The notes under the pieces were generated by a model, which ran no database searches, was not told the DNA's origin, and saw only the letters and a program-made list of their open reading frames with translations. This document shows, piece after piece, positions 20,093 through 28,124 of a stretch of 64,000 nt of DNA; position 1 is the first letter of the stretch; every line of letters starts with the position of its first letter. A program made the position numbers and the translations under genes. Origin of the DNA: Bdellovibrionales bacterium (GTDB lineage Bacteria; Bdellovibrionota; Bdellovibrionia; Bdellovibrionales; UBA1609); NCBI GenBank assembly GCA_027317865.1, contig DAHVQG010000001.1, positions 128,001 to 192,000 on the forward strand. The letters run 5' to 3'.

Positions 20093-21175
20093 ATGAAAAG
20101 AAAGATAAAACTCGTTGTCAGTGATCTTCATCTCGGAGCGGGCCGCATTCTCGAAGACGGACGGCTCAATCTTTTAGAGGAATTTTATTTTGATGAACGT
20201 TTCGCTGAATTTTTGCATTACTACACCACCGGCGCGTTTGCCGACCATCAAGTCGAGATTATTTTAAACGGCGACATTTTCAATTACCTGCAAACGGATT
20301 ACAAAGGTCATTATTTGACGGTCATCACTGAATCTATGACGCTCGACCAAACCCAGCGCATTGTTCGGGGGCACTCCACATTTTTTAATGCTCTCAGCGA
20401 TTTTGCCGCTAAAGAAGGCAATGAAATCACGTTTATTGTTGGCAATCATGATCAAGGGTTGTTGTGGCCTGCGGTTCGAAACTATTTGAACGAAGTCATC
20501 GGAAAAACGGTTCGATTCAAAAACATAGTTTATTATTTTGATGGCGTGCACGTCGAACACGGGAATATGCACGAAGCGGCCAACCGCACCGACCCGCGGA
20601 AGTTCTTTTTAAAAAAGGATTTACCGGAACCGATTTTAAATTTGCCGTTCGGCTCCTTTTTCTTCGTCGAATTTGTTTTACCGCTGAAACAAACGCACCC
20701 TCATATCGACAAGGTTCGACCGTTTCGCAACATGCTGCGCTGGGGGTTCGTATATCAGTCAACGTTTACGATAAAGGCCGCATTTACTTTAATTGGTTAT
20801 TTCGGCCGAAGCTTGTTTTCTACCGATCCGCGGCGATTATGGAGGTTTCGGCGGCTTCTCAAAATATTTTTTGAAAGCGCTGTTTTTCCGGACCTGAGCG
20901 ATGCAGCAAAAAAAATAATGCGGGATGATCGTGTGCATACCGTCATTTTTGGCCATACGCACGTCTATCAATATCGCCAATTTGCACCAAACAAAGAATA
21001 TTTCAACACCGGAACCTGGACAGAGGTCACGTCGCTTGACGTCGCTTCGCTCGGCCGGATAACAAAATTGACATACGTCATTATTGAATATCCAGAAGAC
21101 GAAACTCAGCGCCCGCGCGGGCGTTTGAAGGAGTGGCGCGGGTATCATCGAATAGAAGATGACGTGGCCGTTTAG
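20093..21175 (+). CDS. Calcineurin-like metallophosphoesterase
   Basis: All five motifs: SDLH, NGDIFN, GNHD, EHGN and GHTH, plus YFNTGTW. Confidence 0.88.
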   Translation: MKRKIKLVVSDLHLGAGRILEDGRLNLLEEFYFDERFAEFLHYYTTGAFADHQVEIILNGDIFNYLQTDYKGHYLTVITESMTLDQTQRIVRGHSTFFNALSDFAAKEGNEITFIVGNHDQGLLWPAVRNYLNEVIGKTVRFKNIVYYFDGVHVEHGNMHEAANRTDPRKFFLKKDLPEPILNLPFGSFFFVEFVLPLKQTHPHIDKVRPFRNMLRWGFVYQSTFTIKAAFTLIGYFGRSLFSTDPRRLWRFRRLLKIFFESAVFPDLSDAAKKIMRDDRVHTVIFGHTHVYQYRQFAPNKEYFNTGTWTEVTSLDVASLGRITKLTYVIIEYPEDETQRPRGRLKEWRGYHRIEDDVAV

Positions 21176-21209
21176 TCGGTACAAAATAGGTTGTGGCGGG
21201 TAAAATGTT

Positions 21210-22133
21210 GTGGCTGATAATGAAGAACAACCTTTAGACAAGACCAGCGTAGTACAAAGTGACACCTTCAAGGTCAGAATTGCGCAGGCGGGTGAGGCGC
21301 CGCCTTGCTTGGTTTTGCTTGTTGGTCCGGCAAACGAAGTCGGCCGGCAGTGGCCGCTAGAAACAGCCGATTCAATTATTGGCCGCGTGCCGACGGCGCA
21401 CATCCATATTAAAGATCAAAGCGTAAGTAAAGCTCATGCTAAGCTCCTCGTTTCTGGCGGTGAGGTTTCGCTTATTGATCTCGAATCAACGAACAAAACC
21501 ATCATAAACGATCGTATTTTGACCCCACTTAAACCGTACAAACTCAAAAACAATGATCAAATTAAATGCGGCAATGTTATTTTAAAGTTTCTCGAGCGCG
21601 GGAACATTGAAACGGTTTCTGTTGCACAAACTTTCAATAAGGCGCTAATTGACCCGCTCACCGGAATTCACAATCGTGGAGCATTAAACGCAGCGGGCGT
21701 CGATATTTTTAATAAGTCGCGCGTGCTCGGGCATCCTCTTGGCGTCATAGTTTTTGACATCGATTTCTTTAAAAAGATAAACGACACCTATGGGCACCAA
21801 GCCGGTGATTATGTGCTTAAAGAGCTGACCCGCGTGGTTCGCGAAAACCTAATTCGCGGCAACGATTATTTTGCGCGTTACGGTGGTGAAGAATTTTGTC
21901 TGTTAGTTTTAGGTTCGCCTGTTAAACAGATTGACGAAATTTGTGAGCGCATTAGAAAGACAATCCAAGAGCACGTTTTTGTATTTGAAGGGGCGACTAT
22001 GCCCGTCACAATATCGTTGGGTTTTTCTTTAATTCAGCCTAATGACAAAGGTTGGAGCGATATATTCGCGCGTGCGGACAAAGCCTTGTACGAATCTAAA
22101 AACAACGGCCGCAACCGTGTCTCATCGCAATAA
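21210..22133 (+). CDS. dgcB: FHA-GGDEF diguanylate cyclase, Bdellovibrio DgcB-like
   Basis: N-tail DKTSVVQSDTFK, FHA motifs IIGR / SVSKAHA / DLESTNKT, and GGDEF domain with GHQAGD, I-site RGND and RYGGEEF. Confidence 0.82.
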   Translation: MADNEEQPLDKTSVVQSDTFKVRIAQAGEAPPCLVLLVGPANEVGRQWPLETADSIIGRVPTAHIHIKDQSVSKAHAKLLVSGGEVSLIDLESTNKTIINDRILTPLKPYKLKNNDQIKCGNVILKFLERGNIETVSVAQTFNKALIDPLTGIHNRGALNAAGVDIFNKSRVLGHPLGVIVFDIDFFKKINDTYGHQAGDYVLKELTRVVRENLIRGNDYFARYGGEEFCLLVLGSPVKQIDEICERIRKTIQEHVFVFEGATMPVTISLGFSLIQPNDKGWSDIFARADKALYESKNNGRNRVSSQ

Positions 22134-22368
22134 AGGCGCCGTAAATTCGCACGCAAAGGGTGCCGAATCTTGTCCGCCGATCCTTGCGTTTTCGAAAAAT
22201 TTACTCTGAACCTGGTGCGAATTTTTACTGGACCAGGTGCGGTTTTTAATCTCACAAGAGATATGAATGTAACAGTTGTGCAATAAACGATCGAGTGACG
22301 CGATTTGTGCCGAGGTCAGATTGCAACTGTTTTCGCCGTAAGTCCGCGATTGCGCATGAAATCATCTT

Positions 22369-22385
22369 CTGGCCCGTACTTTGCT
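22369..22385 (+). promoter_or_regulatory. Sigma54 (-24/-12) promoter upstream of ECF sigma gene
   Basis: CTGGCCCGTACTTTGCT fits TGGCACG-N4-TTGCW with the exact GG-N10-GC spacing, inside a ~400 bp intergenic region. Confidence 0.65.
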
Positions 22386-22531
22386 CAATAATTAGGCATG
22401 CGTGCCTTAAAACGGCACGCTGCGCAGGGTAAGTCAGGGGATTCCCAAAAAAATAAATTCATGTTGGCCAAAAAATTTCACTGGCCGTTAACCGAGGTGC
22501 GACCAAGGTCGTGTCCAATGGGAGGATCGAG

Positions 22532-23113
22532 ATGGAGACAGATCATAATCTCGTAGAGAAAGCTAAAACAGGAGACCACAATGCGTTTTCAGAACTTGTT
22601 CTTCGCCATCAGAAAAGTTTGTTGCGGCTCGCATTTCGCGTGTTGGGCGATTTTGAATCCGCACAAGATGTCGTGCAAGAAAGTCTTTTTAAGGCCCATC
22701 AGAAATTGGGCTCATTTGAGGGACGGTCCGCGTTCAAGAGTTGGATTTTTCAAATCACACTCAATACGGCTAAGAATAAATTGCGCGGCCGCAGACCCGA
22801 AATTGTCGAAATCGACAAGCTGCCAGTAACGGATGGAATTGATATCGAGGGCGACCTGATGCGAGATGACTTAAGAATGACCATGCAAACTGAAATCGCA
22901 AAATTACCGCAGAAGCAACGCGCGGCGCTCAACTTGCGGATTTTTGATGATCTCAGTTTCGCCGAGATCGCCGAAGTGATGGAGTGCCCTTATGATACCG
23001 CAAAAGCCAATTACCGGCATGCTTTGATAAAATTAAGACATCGTCTTTCCGAAACGCTACAGCGCGACGGTTGGAAGAGAAAGCACGAAACACGCATCGA
23101 AATCGACGCGTAA
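22532..23113 (+). CDS. ECF sigma-70 factor (RpoE-like)
   Basis: AQDVVQE, FKSWIFQITLN and region 4 LSFAEIAEVMEC. SD GGGAGG before ATG 22532. Confidence 0.9.
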   Translation: METDHNLVEKAKTGDHNAFSELVLRHQKSLLRLAFRVLGDFESAQDVVQESLFKAHQKLGSFEGRSAFKSWIFQITLNTAKNKLRGRRPEIVEIDKLPVTDGIDIEGDLMRDDLRMTMQTEIAKLPQKQRAALNLRIFDDLSFAEIAEVMECPYDTAKANYRHALIKLRHRLSETLQRDGWKRKHETRIEIDA

Positions 23114-23130
23114 ACTTTTTTGGAGAATTT

Positions 23131-23433
23131 ATGACAAAACTTGAGGATTGGATAGATTATTTGGAAGGCGAAGCTGCCGAGATGACTCGCGAACGGTTGA
23201 AGCTTCTATTGGCCCACTCAAAAGATGACCGGCTCATTTTTAAAAATCTGCGGCGGTTACGCCAATTGATTTTACATGCCGATCCTGCGGATGCGATTGA
23301 AACGATTCTTGAAAACGATCGTTTGATGCTCGATTTGCACGACCGAATTATGATGAATGTGAAGGTCGAGATTTCGCGCTCGGCTTTGCGTTTGGCGCGC
23401 CGGTCGAAATCAGTTTCTTCAAATCCGCGGTAG
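23131..23433 (+). CDS. Small soluble protein, putative anti-sigma factor
   Basis: Directly follows the ECF gene. DYLEGE resembles the start of an anti-sigma domain. No TM segment. Confidence 0.5.
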   Translation: MTKLEDWIDYLEGEAAEMTRERLKLLLAHSKDDRLIFKNLRRLRQLILHADPADAIETILENDRLMLDLHDRIMMNVKVEISRSALRLARRSKSVSSNPR

Positions 23434-24460
23434 GGTTACGGCTGTTTTCAAATGTTTTACACGTTTTAATGAAACGATCGAAATTATCGCCCAGATTTTT
23501 ATAAAGTTGGGCAAAGTCGGATAGGTCGTAGTTGTAAGTCCCGAGGTAAAGTAAAACGGCGTTGTTCAGTTTCATGTGTGTGAATCCGGCGTACGTGGCT
23601 GTTTGCAACTTGGGCTTAACCATTTTAGTGAAATCGCTTTTTATCTTTTTAAATTGAGCTTGGCGTTGCCCTTTGCGCAAATGGGGATGTGATTTGTACC
23701 ACTTCTTCATTCGCGCAATTTCTTTGCTTATAAATTTTGAGAAGCGAATATCGTCGGCATTTTCGCGGCGAATTTCTTGGAGGGTTTTGGAATGCGGGCC
23801 CTCTTTATATTTGTAAAACAGTTTTGTCCCAAGATCCCCGACGAAAACGGCGAGCCGCTCATTAAAGCCGGCTTGGCTTTTTATGAAAATTGTCGCGTGT
23901 GTGGACTCGTGAATGATCGTGTTGACCAAATCGTAGTCCGGTTCGTTAAGCATTGTTGACAGTATTGGATCTTCAAACCAGCCGAGCGTGCTATATGCGG
24001 TTACTCCGCCGACCATGACATCGTACCCCTCACTCTCGAATTTTTTGGCCTCGGCTTTCGCGTCTTTAGGATTAAAAAAACCCTTGTAGGGCAGGTCGCC
24101 GACTATCGGATACCAGAAAAAATGTTGTTTGAGTTGATTTTTGTATGCGACCGTGACGATCCAAGAGACGTACGGTCGGTGAAGATCAACAAAAGTAGTA
24201 TAGTCTTTAGTTGCGTGCAAATGAAGATGGCTAACGGCAAAGCGGCGGGCTTCGAGTGCCAGCTCGAGTTTGTGGCGTTCTTTTGGGGGCAAGTTTTTCT
24301 CAGCCAAAACCTTCTTGATGGGGACACGGTCATTTAAAATTTTGAGTTGGTTATATCCGGATTTAACCAAATAGACGAGCAGACATCCGCTCAAAAAAAA
24401 CGGCATCATCGAAAGTATTAAAAAAGTCAGAACGATCCGGACGCGCACGCCCATTCGCAT
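23348..24460 (-). CDS. Predicted zinc aminopeptidase, probable lipoprotein
   Basis: Lipobox LSGC, YSTLGWFEDP, HExxH motif (IIHESTH) and downstream FNERLA. Start is uncertain. Confidence 0.75.
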   Translation of the reverse strand: MRMGVRVRIVLTFLILSMMPFFLSGCLLVYLVKSGYNQLKILNDRVPIKKVLAEKNLPPKERHKLELALEARRFAVSHLHLHATKDYTTFVDLHRPYVSWIVTVAYKNQLKQHFFWYPIVGDLPYKGFFNPKDAKAEAKKFESEGYDVMVGGVTAYSTLGWFEDPILSTMLNEPDYDLVNTIIHESTHATIFIKSQAGFNERLAVFVGDLGTKLFYKYKEGPHSKTLQEIRRENADDIRFSKFISKEIARMKKWYKSHPHLRKGQRQAQFKKIKSDFTKMVKPKLQTATYAGFTHMKLNNAVLLYLGTYNYDLSDFAQLYKNLGDNFDRFIKTCKTFENSRNPTADLKKLISTGAPNAKPSAKSRPSHSS

Positions 24461-24477
24461 TTGACCTTCTTGCCCGC

Positions 24478-25059
24478 TTAGAAGAACCATGAAACGCCCA
24501 CGCGAAACGCGTCATCCCAGATACCCGACTGGCCGTTGACGCCGCTTTCCCAGCGGTCGTAGGTCGCCTTGATGGCGAATGTTTGCGTCAGGTGAATGTT
24601 GACCCCTCCGCCATAGCTTGGAACGATGGCATTTACGGTATCGCCGTATTGATAAACTGAACCATCGTAAAATTCCTCATACATTTTTTTAAAGAGATGT
24701 AAGCCGCCGCCGCGAATGAAGGGCTGAATAAAAGATGTTGTAGGGGTCAAACTTAGTTCCAAATCAAGACCGATCATTTCGGCTATTTGATAATAAATGG
24801 TGGCGCCAGGGTCACCCGCAGCCTCAAGACTTTGCTCGCCATAACCGTATGTATAGCTCGCTTCGATGGCCGACTGTCTAAGAAAATACCAGGCAATCGC
24901 ACCGGTAATTTCTTGATCTTTAGTGTAATTATTTTGGTCGATGAGCGAGGTGTGCGTGCCGTAGGTGGCACTTAATTCCATCACTCCTGCGTTTGCTGAT
25001 GGCATTGCAATAAGTGAAACAAATGCGACAGCAGTCAGGGTCGTTAGTATATACCGCAT
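24478..25059 (-). CDS. Outer-membrane beta-barrel protein (OmpW/OmpA-like 8-strand)
   Basis: Signal peptide ending ANA, alternating beta strands, QPFIRGGG and C-terminal VGVSWFF beta-signal. Confidence 0.7.
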   Translation of the reverse strand: MRYILTTLTAVAFVSLIAMPSANAGVMELSATYGTHTSLIDQNNYTKDQEITGAIAWYFLRQSAIEASYTYGYGEQSLEAAGDPGATIYYQIAEMIGLDLELSLTPTTSFIQPFIRGGGLHLFKKMYEEFYDGSVYQYGDTVNAIVPSYGGGVNIHLTQTFAIKATYDRWESGVNGQSGIWDDAFRVGVSWFF

Positions 25060-25084
25060 TCCGATATGGTATCAGTGTCCACCA

Positions 25085-25960
25085 TTATTGAGAACCGTCG
25101 CTCGCTAAAAATCGAGGTCGAAAGTAGACGTGAAAGCTGTAGAGCAAATGGATGTAGCCGTCGCGGCTGACCAGTCCACTTGGCGGATTTGTAAATGGGG
25201 CAGCTCGACGAAAGGCGCTAACGGCCGCATCGTCTATAACACGGTTATCGGCGTGATGGAAAATGATGGCTTTGACAAATTTACCCTGGGGAGTGAGTAA
25301 GATTTCAACTTGAGTCACTTGGTCTTTATTTGCCCACTCTTTTAATATGTAATTAGGCGTACGGTAGAGAATATTTTGAATATTTTCGACCCAGCGATTG
25401 CCGATTTGTTCGTTGATACGGGAATAAAATGTGTAGAAAATAAATTGATTCGTGTTGAGCGCGGTAAAGCCGCCGGCACGCACTTCGGGGATGTCATCTA
25501 AAATTGTAGATTCACCTAAGAGTTGATTGGAATGTAAGCCGTTTGAATTATTCGAATGTGAATTGTTAAAATCGCTGTCTGGAATTGTACCCATCGGAGC
25601 AGTGATGGATGGGCTGGGGCCTCCTGAATCAAACGAATTTGAATTTTGCTCGCGAGACGCGCTTCGATTTACGGTTTTTACACCGCTCCGCCTGGCGACT
25701 TCTTGGTGAAGGACACGGCGAGTGAGTTGCGATAACAGATTCACCCTTTTTTTGAGTTCGTTGACCAGCTCTTTAGTTGGTGGCGAAACGTTCGAAACTA
25801 TTTGTTGCGAGCGTTTATTATCGGTCTCATTCTGATACACCACTTGAATGGGTTGAAGCGCCGGTGCGGGCTTCGGGGCCGGGCTTAAAAGAATTATTAA
25901 AATAAGACACAAGTGCGCCAAAATGCTGATAATGAGCGGCTCGCGCAAATTGTAGTCCAT
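25085..25960 (-). CDS. TonB/TolA-like protein with TonB C-terminal domain
   Basis: N-terminal TM with SILAH (SxxxH), Pro-rich linker, and C-terminal IDDAAVSAFRRAAPFTNPP. Confidence 0.75.
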   Translation of the reverse strand: MDYNLREPLIISILAHLCLILIILLSPAPKPAPALQPIQVVYQNETDNKRSQQIVSNVSPPTKELVNELKKRVNLLSQLTRRVLHQEVARRSGVKTVNRSASREQNSNSFDSGGPSPSITAPMGTIPDSDFNNSHSNNSNGLHSNQLLGESTILDDIPEVRAGGFTALNTNQFIFYTFYSRINEQIGNRWVENIQNILYRTPNYILKEWANKDQVTQVEILLTPQGKFVKAIIFHHADNRVIDDAAVSAFRRAAPFTNPPSGLVSRDGYIHLLYSFHVYFRPRFLASDGSQ

Positions 25961-26054
25961 TAACTCCTCGACAAAGGGCCAAGTTTAGCAGCGGAAGTGG
26001 CTAAAGTTGAGACATTTTTCGGCCGATAAGAGGTCTGTATCGAGGGGTTGGGGC

Positions 26055-26597
26055 ATGTTTAAAAACAATGTGATCGATTTAAGCCAGAGGCGCATTTCTA
26101 AAAGTGTAAAACACGATCGTAGATCTTCTGCGGTTGACGCTCGAATTGTCGATATGACATCTCGGCGCGAGGCGATTTTAAAAGATGAGCGCCGCCAAGT
26201 TCGGCGTACTATTTTGACCGGATTTATAGGAGCCTTTGTAGTTCTGCCACAAGAGCCCGGCTCTAAAGCTAAAGGTGGACTACTCAAAATTGAAATATAC
26301 GATATCTCTGAAAATGGTATTGCCTTTGATGTCGATGCCGATTTCGGTCAATTCCAAATAGATGAAGAAGTAGCCATGCGCGTGTATCTGAGCCAAAAAA
26401 CATATTTTCCGTTTACGGTAAAAGTGCAAAATGCGCGTAAACTCGATGGCGACGCGGTTTATCGACATGGTGCCAACTTTGTTAAAGGGACAGTTAATGA
26501 CGAAGCCCTGTTTCATTTCGTCAAGTTTATTGAAACCGTAAGCGCAAGCCTTGCCCGTGACGAAGGCGACGTCATGGTGTCGAATCTAAAAAAATAA
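26055..26597 (+). CDS. PilZ-domain protein
   Basis: RRQVRR (RxxxR) and DISENG (D/NxSxxG) c-di-GMP-binding motifs. Confidence 0.75.
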   Translation: MFKNNVIDLSQRRISKSVKHDRRSSAVDARIVDMTSRREAILKDERRQVRRTILTGFIGAFVVLPQEPGSKAKGGLLKIEIYDISENGIAFDVDADFGQFQIDEEVAMRVYLSQKTYFPFTVKVQNARKLDGDAVYRHGANFVKGTVNDEALFHFVKFIETVSASLARDEGDVMVSNLKK

Positions 26598-26600
26598 CTA

Positions 26601-26628
26601 TTCACAGACCTTTGCCCATGGCTATACT
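26601..26628 (+). promoter_or_regulatory. Putative sigma70 promoter for PIN-PhoH gene
   Basis: TTCACA-N16-TATACT upstream of ATG 26686. Confidence 0.35.
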
Positions 26629-26685
26629 GACAGCGTTCCCCTGACCGGCGGACAACGCGATATTGTCATCAGGCGAGGTTACAGC

Positions 26686-28023
26686 ATGGCCGCAAAAAAA
26701 CTCTCCGGGCACACTAGAAAAGTCGTTTTAGACACGAACGTCATTCTCTTCGATGCCTTGGCGATTCACAAATTTCAAAATGCCGATATTTACATTCCGT
26801 TTGTGGTGATCGAAGAGATCGATCGGTTTAAACGCGATCTTGGTGAAAATGGCCGCAATGCCCGCCAGTTTAGCCGTATGATGGACGTGCTTCGCGCGGC
26901 GGGTTCGCTTGCTGAAGGTGTGCGTATCGAAAAGAGTGAATCACGCGTGTTTGTCACGACGGATTCGAATCTCGATGGAATCCCAAAAGGGCTCGACCAA
27001 ATCAAAGCCGACAATCGCATTCTCAGTAAGGCTCTTCAGCTGCAGGCGATGTTCCCCACCGGCAAAGTTGAACTGGTAACGAAGGATATCAATTTACGTA
27101 TTAAAGCGGACGTATTTGGTATCATGGCCGTCGATTACCGGCCTGAAAGTTCAGACGTTGAAGAGCTCTACAAGGGGATAACCGAGATCGACGTTAATCC
27201 CGAACTCATCGATCTGTTTTACAAAGAAAAAAGTCTGCAGATCCCCGAAGATTTATATAAACCGGTAGCCAATCAATATTTGATTATGCGCGATAGCTCG
27301 AATTCGAACCACAGTGCGATCGGGCGCTATGACATGCGTCTGAACCGGGTTGTACCGCTTGTTACACCAAACGAAAGCATTTGGGGGATTCACCCGCGAA
27401 ATGTCGAGCAAAGTTTTGCTCTCGATTGTTTACTTAACGATGAAATTCAATTTGTTTCGCTAGTCGGTAAAGCGGGGACGGGTAAAACTCTTTTGGCGCT
27501 TGCCGCCGGTCTTTACAAAACTCTAGATGAAGGACGATTTCATCGTTTGCTTGTGAGCCGGCCGATATTCCCAATGGGGCGGGATATCGGGTATTTGCCC
27601 GGCGATGTTGAGCAAAAGCTCAATCCGTGGATGCAGCCTATTTTTGATAACGTTGAATTTTTAATGGGTTCCGATAAAAAGGCGGCAGGGCGCGCGCGTG
27701 AACTCATTAATCAAGGCATGGTGAATATTGAGCCACTGACGTATATTCGCGGCCGTTCAATTCCCAATCAATATTTGATTGTGGATGAAGCCCAAAATCT
27801 CACTCCTCACGAAATTAAAACTATTGTGACTCGAGCGGGGCAAGGGACAAAAGTGGTCCTCACCGGCGACTCTTATCAAATCGACAATCCCTATGTAGAC
27901 TCAGCCAACTCGGGGCTTACATATTCCGTTGAGCGCTTCAAAGGGCAGTTCATCGCGGCACACGTAACGCTTGAAAAAGGCGAACGTTCTGAGCTTGCCG
28001 AGCTCGCTGCGAATATACTTTAG
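26686..28023 (+). CDS. PIN-PhoH family protein (PhoH2-like)
   Basis: PIN motifs VLDTNV and TKDINLR; Walker A GKAGTGKT, IGYLPG, IRGRS, DEAQN and GDSYQID. Confidence 0.88.
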   Translation: MAAKKLSGHTRKVVLDTNVILFDALAIHKFQNADIYIPFVVIEEIDRFKRDLGENGRNARQFSRMMDVLRAAGSLAEGVRIEKSESRVFVTTDSNLDGIPKGLDQIKADNRILSKALQLQAMFPTGKVELVTKDINLRIKADVFGIMAVDYRPESSDVEELYKGITEIDVNPELIDLFYKEKSLQIPEDLYKPVANQYLIMRDSSNSNHSAIGRYDMRLNRVVPLVTPNESIWGIHPRNVEQSFALDCLLNDEIQFVSLVGKAGTGKTLLALAAGLYKTLDEGRFHRLLVSRPIFPMGRDIGYLPGDVEQKLNPWMQPIFDNVEFLMGSDKKAAGRARELINQGMVNIEPLTYIRGRSIPNQYLIVDEAQNLTPHEIKTIVTRAGQGTKVVLTGDSYQIDNPYVDSANSGLTYSVERFKGQFIAAHVTLEKGERSELAELAANIL

Positions 28024-28038
28024 GGGCATTTTTTAAAC

Positions 28039-28068
28039 TTGACGGCACGGTTCTACGCGTTTTAATAT
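28039..28068 (+). promoter_or_regulatory. Putative sigma70 promoter for rib genes
   Basis: TTGACG followed 16-18 nt later by TTTAAT/TAATAT. Confidence 0.4.
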
Positions 28069-28124
28069 GCGCCACGTCACAAATTTTCGGTCACTGTACG
28101 AGTCATAGCACTCAAGGTGAAAAT

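Noticed and set aside
20837-21403. 188-aa minus-strand ORF and other long antisense ORFs (e.g. 17224-17781, 9629-10156, 44016-44603)
   Set aside because: They overlap well-supported genes on the opposite strand and have no recognisable motifs.
22134-22531. Possible GEMM-I (c-di-GMP/cGAMP) riboswitch in the long spacer after dgcB (contains ACGCAAAG)
   Set aside because: The upstream GGCAAAC/GNRA P2 stem and matching P1 could not be built. An Infernal scan with RF01051 would settle it.
26686-28023. PIN-PhoH as a toxin-antitoxin or anti-phage system
   Set aside because: There is no antitoxin ORF or defence-island context, and the family is a widespread housekeeping one.
28024-28124. FMN riboswitch upstream of rib genes
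   Set aside because: The region is too short after the putative promoter and lacks RFN conserved motifs.
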